Shown piece by piece: positions 61,671 through 64,000 of a stretch of 64,000 nt of DNA. The position numbers were made by a program, and so were the translations under genes. The notes beneath the pieces are model-generated. The model made no database searches and was not told the DNA's origin. It saw only the letters and a program-made list of their open reading frames with translations. How positions within the stretch are numbered: position 1 is the first letter of the stretch; every line of letters starts with the position of its first letter. Origin of the DNA: an uncultured delta proteobacterium. Its GTDB lineage: Bacteria > Myxococcota_A > Polyangia > Fen-1088. The DNA lies in assembly GCA_963796685.1 (NCBI GenBank), contig CAWCMR010000025.1, positions 1,600,001 through 1,664,000 of the forward strand. Reading direction: 5' to 3'.

Positions 61671-62519
61671 CTACGCGTACAGCATCTCGACGTGCAGAGC
61701 GCCAGCGGTGAGATCGGCGATCGTCGCCGGTCCAGTCACCTGCAGCTGCACATAGATATCGGCCGTCCAGGTCGCTGGATCGAGCTGGCCTCCGCCGTCG
61801 AACAAGAGCGCGATGCCCGGCGTGATTCCCAAGTCGACGCGTCCACCAGCACAGAGCGCGCCGGCGCCCGATCCGCTGCCATCGCCGATCGAGGCATAGA
61901 TAGCCCCGGCCGCGGGCTCCGCAAATGGCGTGCGGCGGACGAGGCGAAAGCCCACCCAGCGGTGAAACCCGAGTGGCGGATAGGCGCCCATCTGCAGGAC
62001 CAATTTCGAGCCCTGGTCACCGCCTTGCCCACCGTCCGCGAAGGCGGCAAATCCGAAATCGGCGAAGGCGGTCTTGATCAAGCCTTGTGGCGACGCCGGG
62101 CCTTCGTTCAGGTTCACCAAGTTGAGCAGCTGGTGGAAGTCGATCCATTCCTTGTCGCCGCTGCCCAGCTTGAGCCACCAGTACCCACCCCCCGGATCTC
62201 CGGGGCTCTTGAGCACGGCGATCGATCCCACCGGGCGAGCGAGGCCAGGATCCACCGTCGGCGCCGCAGTGACAGGCTCTGCCACGCTGGTCAGATCGAG
62301 CCACTGGATATCGTTCGCGGCGGTCAGGTGCACGAACAGGTGTCCGTCGTAGACGCCCTGCTGCCCCAGTGCTGCGAGGGTCGGCGTCACACGGGGATCC
62401 GCAGTCAGTGTCAAGATTTGCATGTCTTCTTCTCCTTCTTGGGCTTTGACGATCTGGCCGGCGAGCACCAGCGAGAGCCGATCCCAGTTCACGAGGCCGC
62501 CAAGTGGTGTCGTGCTCAT
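61671..62519 (-). CDS. Beta-rich hypothetical protein (282 aa), candidate spike/receptor-binding protein
   Basis: ATGA overlap with the hydrolase gene; Gly-rich beta-strand pattern; function is inference only. Confidence 0.6.
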   Translation of the reverse strand: MSTTPLGGLVNWDRLSLVLAGQIVKAQEGEEDMQILTLTADPRVTPTLAALGQQGVYDGHLFVHLTAANDIQWLDLTSVAEPVTAAPTVDPGLARPVGSIAVLKSPGDPGGGYWWLKLGSGDKEWIDFHQLLNLVNLNEGPASPQGLIKTAFADFGFAAFADGGQGGDQGSKLVLQMGAYPPLGFHRWVGFRLVRRTPFAEPAAGAIYASIGDGSGSGAGALCAGGRVDLGITPGIALLFDGGGQLDPATWTADIYVQLQVTGPATIADLTAGALHVEMLYA

Positions 62520-63163
62520 GCTGCCTCCGCTTGGATCTGGTCGGCTACGGACTGGGGAACGAAGATGCGGAGCGAGCTCACTCCGCCGACATCGATGGGC
62601 ACGATGCCCATGCTCTCGAACCAGCTGTCACAGACATTCTGGTAGTCGGTCAGCGTCTTGAAGCCCGTCTTGTGCACCCAGTGCTTTGCGCCGTACGAAT
62701 AGTCCTCGGCCGTGCCGGCGCGATTTGCCTCGGAGTACTTGAGATCGTCTTCCCAGGGACCGTTGGCCGTTGAACAGTAGCGTCCTGGCTGCGTGCCCAT
62801 GCCATGCCCACCGGTGACGGCCTGCTCGATGCTCACGCCCTCGGCCGCGGCGTAGTTCATGACGATGCGCTGGATCAGCGTCTTTTCCTTTTCGCCGGCG
62901 TGGGCGTGTTCGCTCGCTGACACGGCAGCTAGAATGTAGGCCTCGCGTGCAACCGGCCGGCCGACGATGGCCGCGGCGCCGGCGACCAGGTCGTCCACGG
63001 ACTCGATGTTGTTGCCTTTGTCGTCCTGGTTATGAGTCCCGAGGCGCCGGCCGCGGCCGATGAAGTTGGTAATCAGCATGATGGGCGTGTCTCCCGTGAA
63101 GAACCACCAGGCGCCGAAACCGCCGAGCAGCAGCCACAGCCAGTTTTTCTTGAGGAAGTCCAT
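62516..63163 (-). CDS. N-terminally anchored cell-wall hydrolase (SleB/Hydrolase_2-like)
   Basis: TM anchor, then YILAAVSASE...IQRIVMN...D.SYGAKHW pattern resembling the SleB catalytic domain. Confidence 0.55.
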   Translation of the reverse strand: MDFLKKNWLWLLLGGFGAWWFFTGDTPIMLITNFIGRGRRLGTHNQDDKGNNIESVDDLVAGAAAIVGRPVAREAYILAAVSASEHAHAGEKEKTLIQRIVMNYAAAEGVSIEQAVTGGHGMGTQPGRYCSTANGPWEDDLKYSEANRAGTAEDYSYGAKHWVHKTGFKTLTDYQNVCDSWFESMGIVPIDVGGVSSLRIFVPQSVADQIQAEAA

Positions 63164-63173
63164 TGCATGAGCT

Positions 63174-63770
63174 CTACCCAGCGGAGGGAACGAACACGAT
63201 CTCCTTGCCGTGCTTGATTTCGAGCTGCGCACACAGATCGGTGGCGAGCTGCCTGCATCCCAGGGGGAAGGCCTGCTTGGCCTGGATGCTGGACACTACC
63301 TCGTAGTCGTTGCCCTCCGGGCCGGTTGTCTGCGCGGTGATCTCGAATTCGACGCCTTGCAGTCCGCAACCGAGCTCGCACCCATCGTCCAGCACGCCGC
63401 CGGCGAGGAAGATGGCGGCCGGCAACGGATTGGTCAGCCTTCGATAGGGCTGATTCGGGTTGCCGGTTTTCACGAGAGGCCACGCAACGATCGTGCCCTG
63501 CACGTTCGTGGCGGGCTCAGGCGTGAGGGGTCCTGATTCACCGTCGCCCCAGAAGAAATCCAGCCGCAGCCGTCGGTGGAAGGTCACGATAACCTTGAGC
63601 AGTGGGTGCAAGCCCCAGATGGTCAGGGTTGTGATGTCCGGAAAGGACGGAGCCCACAGGTCCGGGCAGGCGTGCGCCAGGAGAATTTCTGCAGGCGTGT
63701 CCACTGGGAGATCCAGAGGGCGGACGCCCCCGAGATCCCAGCCGATGATGCTCCGTGAATTTTCCTCCAT
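63174..63770 (-). CDS. Beta-rich hypothetical protein (198 aa), candidate minor capsid/penton
   Basis: Tightly packed between neighbours, no TM; function is inference only. Confidence 0.6.
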   Translation of the reverse strand: MEENSRSIIGWDLGGVRPLDLPVDTPAEILLAHACPDLWAPSFPDITTLTIWGLHPLLKVIVTFHRRLRLDFFWGDGESGPLTPEPATNVQGTIVAWPLVKTGNPNQPYRRLTNPLPAAIFLAGGVLDDGCELGCGLQGVEFEITAQTTGPEGNDYEVVSSIQAKQAFPLGCRQLATDLCAQLEIKHGKEIVFVPSAG

Positions 63771-63773
63771 CGC

Positions 63774-63992
63774 CTAGTCTCCCGTGGCATCCGTCGACGG
63801 CGAGATCGAACCAGCCACCGTGTGCCAGAGGTTCGAGAGCCCCGTCGTGAGTACTCCGAGGCCGGTCAGCGTGGCCGCGGTGCCCGACGCCGGCGTTTGT
63901 GGCTTGAGCATCGTCGCCTTGGGCGACAGCATCTCGTAGAGGATGAAGACGCCGAGCGGGATCGCGACGTAGTACCACTTGAACCACTTCAT
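63774..63992 (-). CDS. Small membrane-anchored protein (72 aa)
   Basis: MKWFKWYYVAIPLGVFILYEML. Confidence 0.7.
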   Translation of the reverse strand: MKWFKWYYVAIPLGVFILYEMLSPKATMLKPQTPASGTAATLTGLGVLTTGLSNLWHTVAGSISPSTDATGD

Positions 63993-64000
63993 TTTGCGAA

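Noticed and set aside
57369-64000. Assignment as an inovirus or tailed prophage
   Set aside because: No Zot, terminase, portal or tail genes seen, and a muralytic enzyme argues against an inovirus; not fully excluded because the element is truncated by the window.

Overview
GC-rich bacterial chromosome segment. The gene content (TIGR02270-like protein, Ser/Thr kinase, Gly-rich lipoproteins, orphan SctJ, futalosine menaquinone genes) points to Myxococcota/Polyangia; this is an inference. 1-46.6 kb is mostly core or near-core genes: osmC, apgM, pspA, holB-ricT-metG, icd, SNF2 helicase, mdh, rlmN, and a menaquinone operon with an MqnA-MqnC fusion and a degenerate radical-SAM paralogue. At least four families of palindromic or MITE-like repeats are interspersed, and one copy is probably translated inside a UbiA gene. 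46.6-64 kb is a tRNA integration hotspot (tRNA-Lys CTT, tRNA-Arg TCG, tRNA-Phe GAA) with three parts: (i) an eroded toxin-antitoxin patch plus a 205-bp tandem repeat; (ii) a 7.3-kb island with no recognisable integrase, bounded by 45-bp att repeats, carrying an AlbA_2/Schlafen ATPase and a TOTE primase-helicase; (iii) the left end of an integrated element at tRNA-Phe. The third part has an atypical tyrosine recombinase and about 16 tightly packed ORFans, mostly small membrane-anchored proteins plus a membrane-anchored cell-wall hydrolase. This layout best fits a tailless, lipid-membrane-containing provirus and is the top candidate novelty; capsid and packaging genes were not seen and would lie beyond the window. 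Several single-base frameshifts (metG, SNF2) suggest assembly indel errors. All family assignments come from motif recognition by eye, not database searches.
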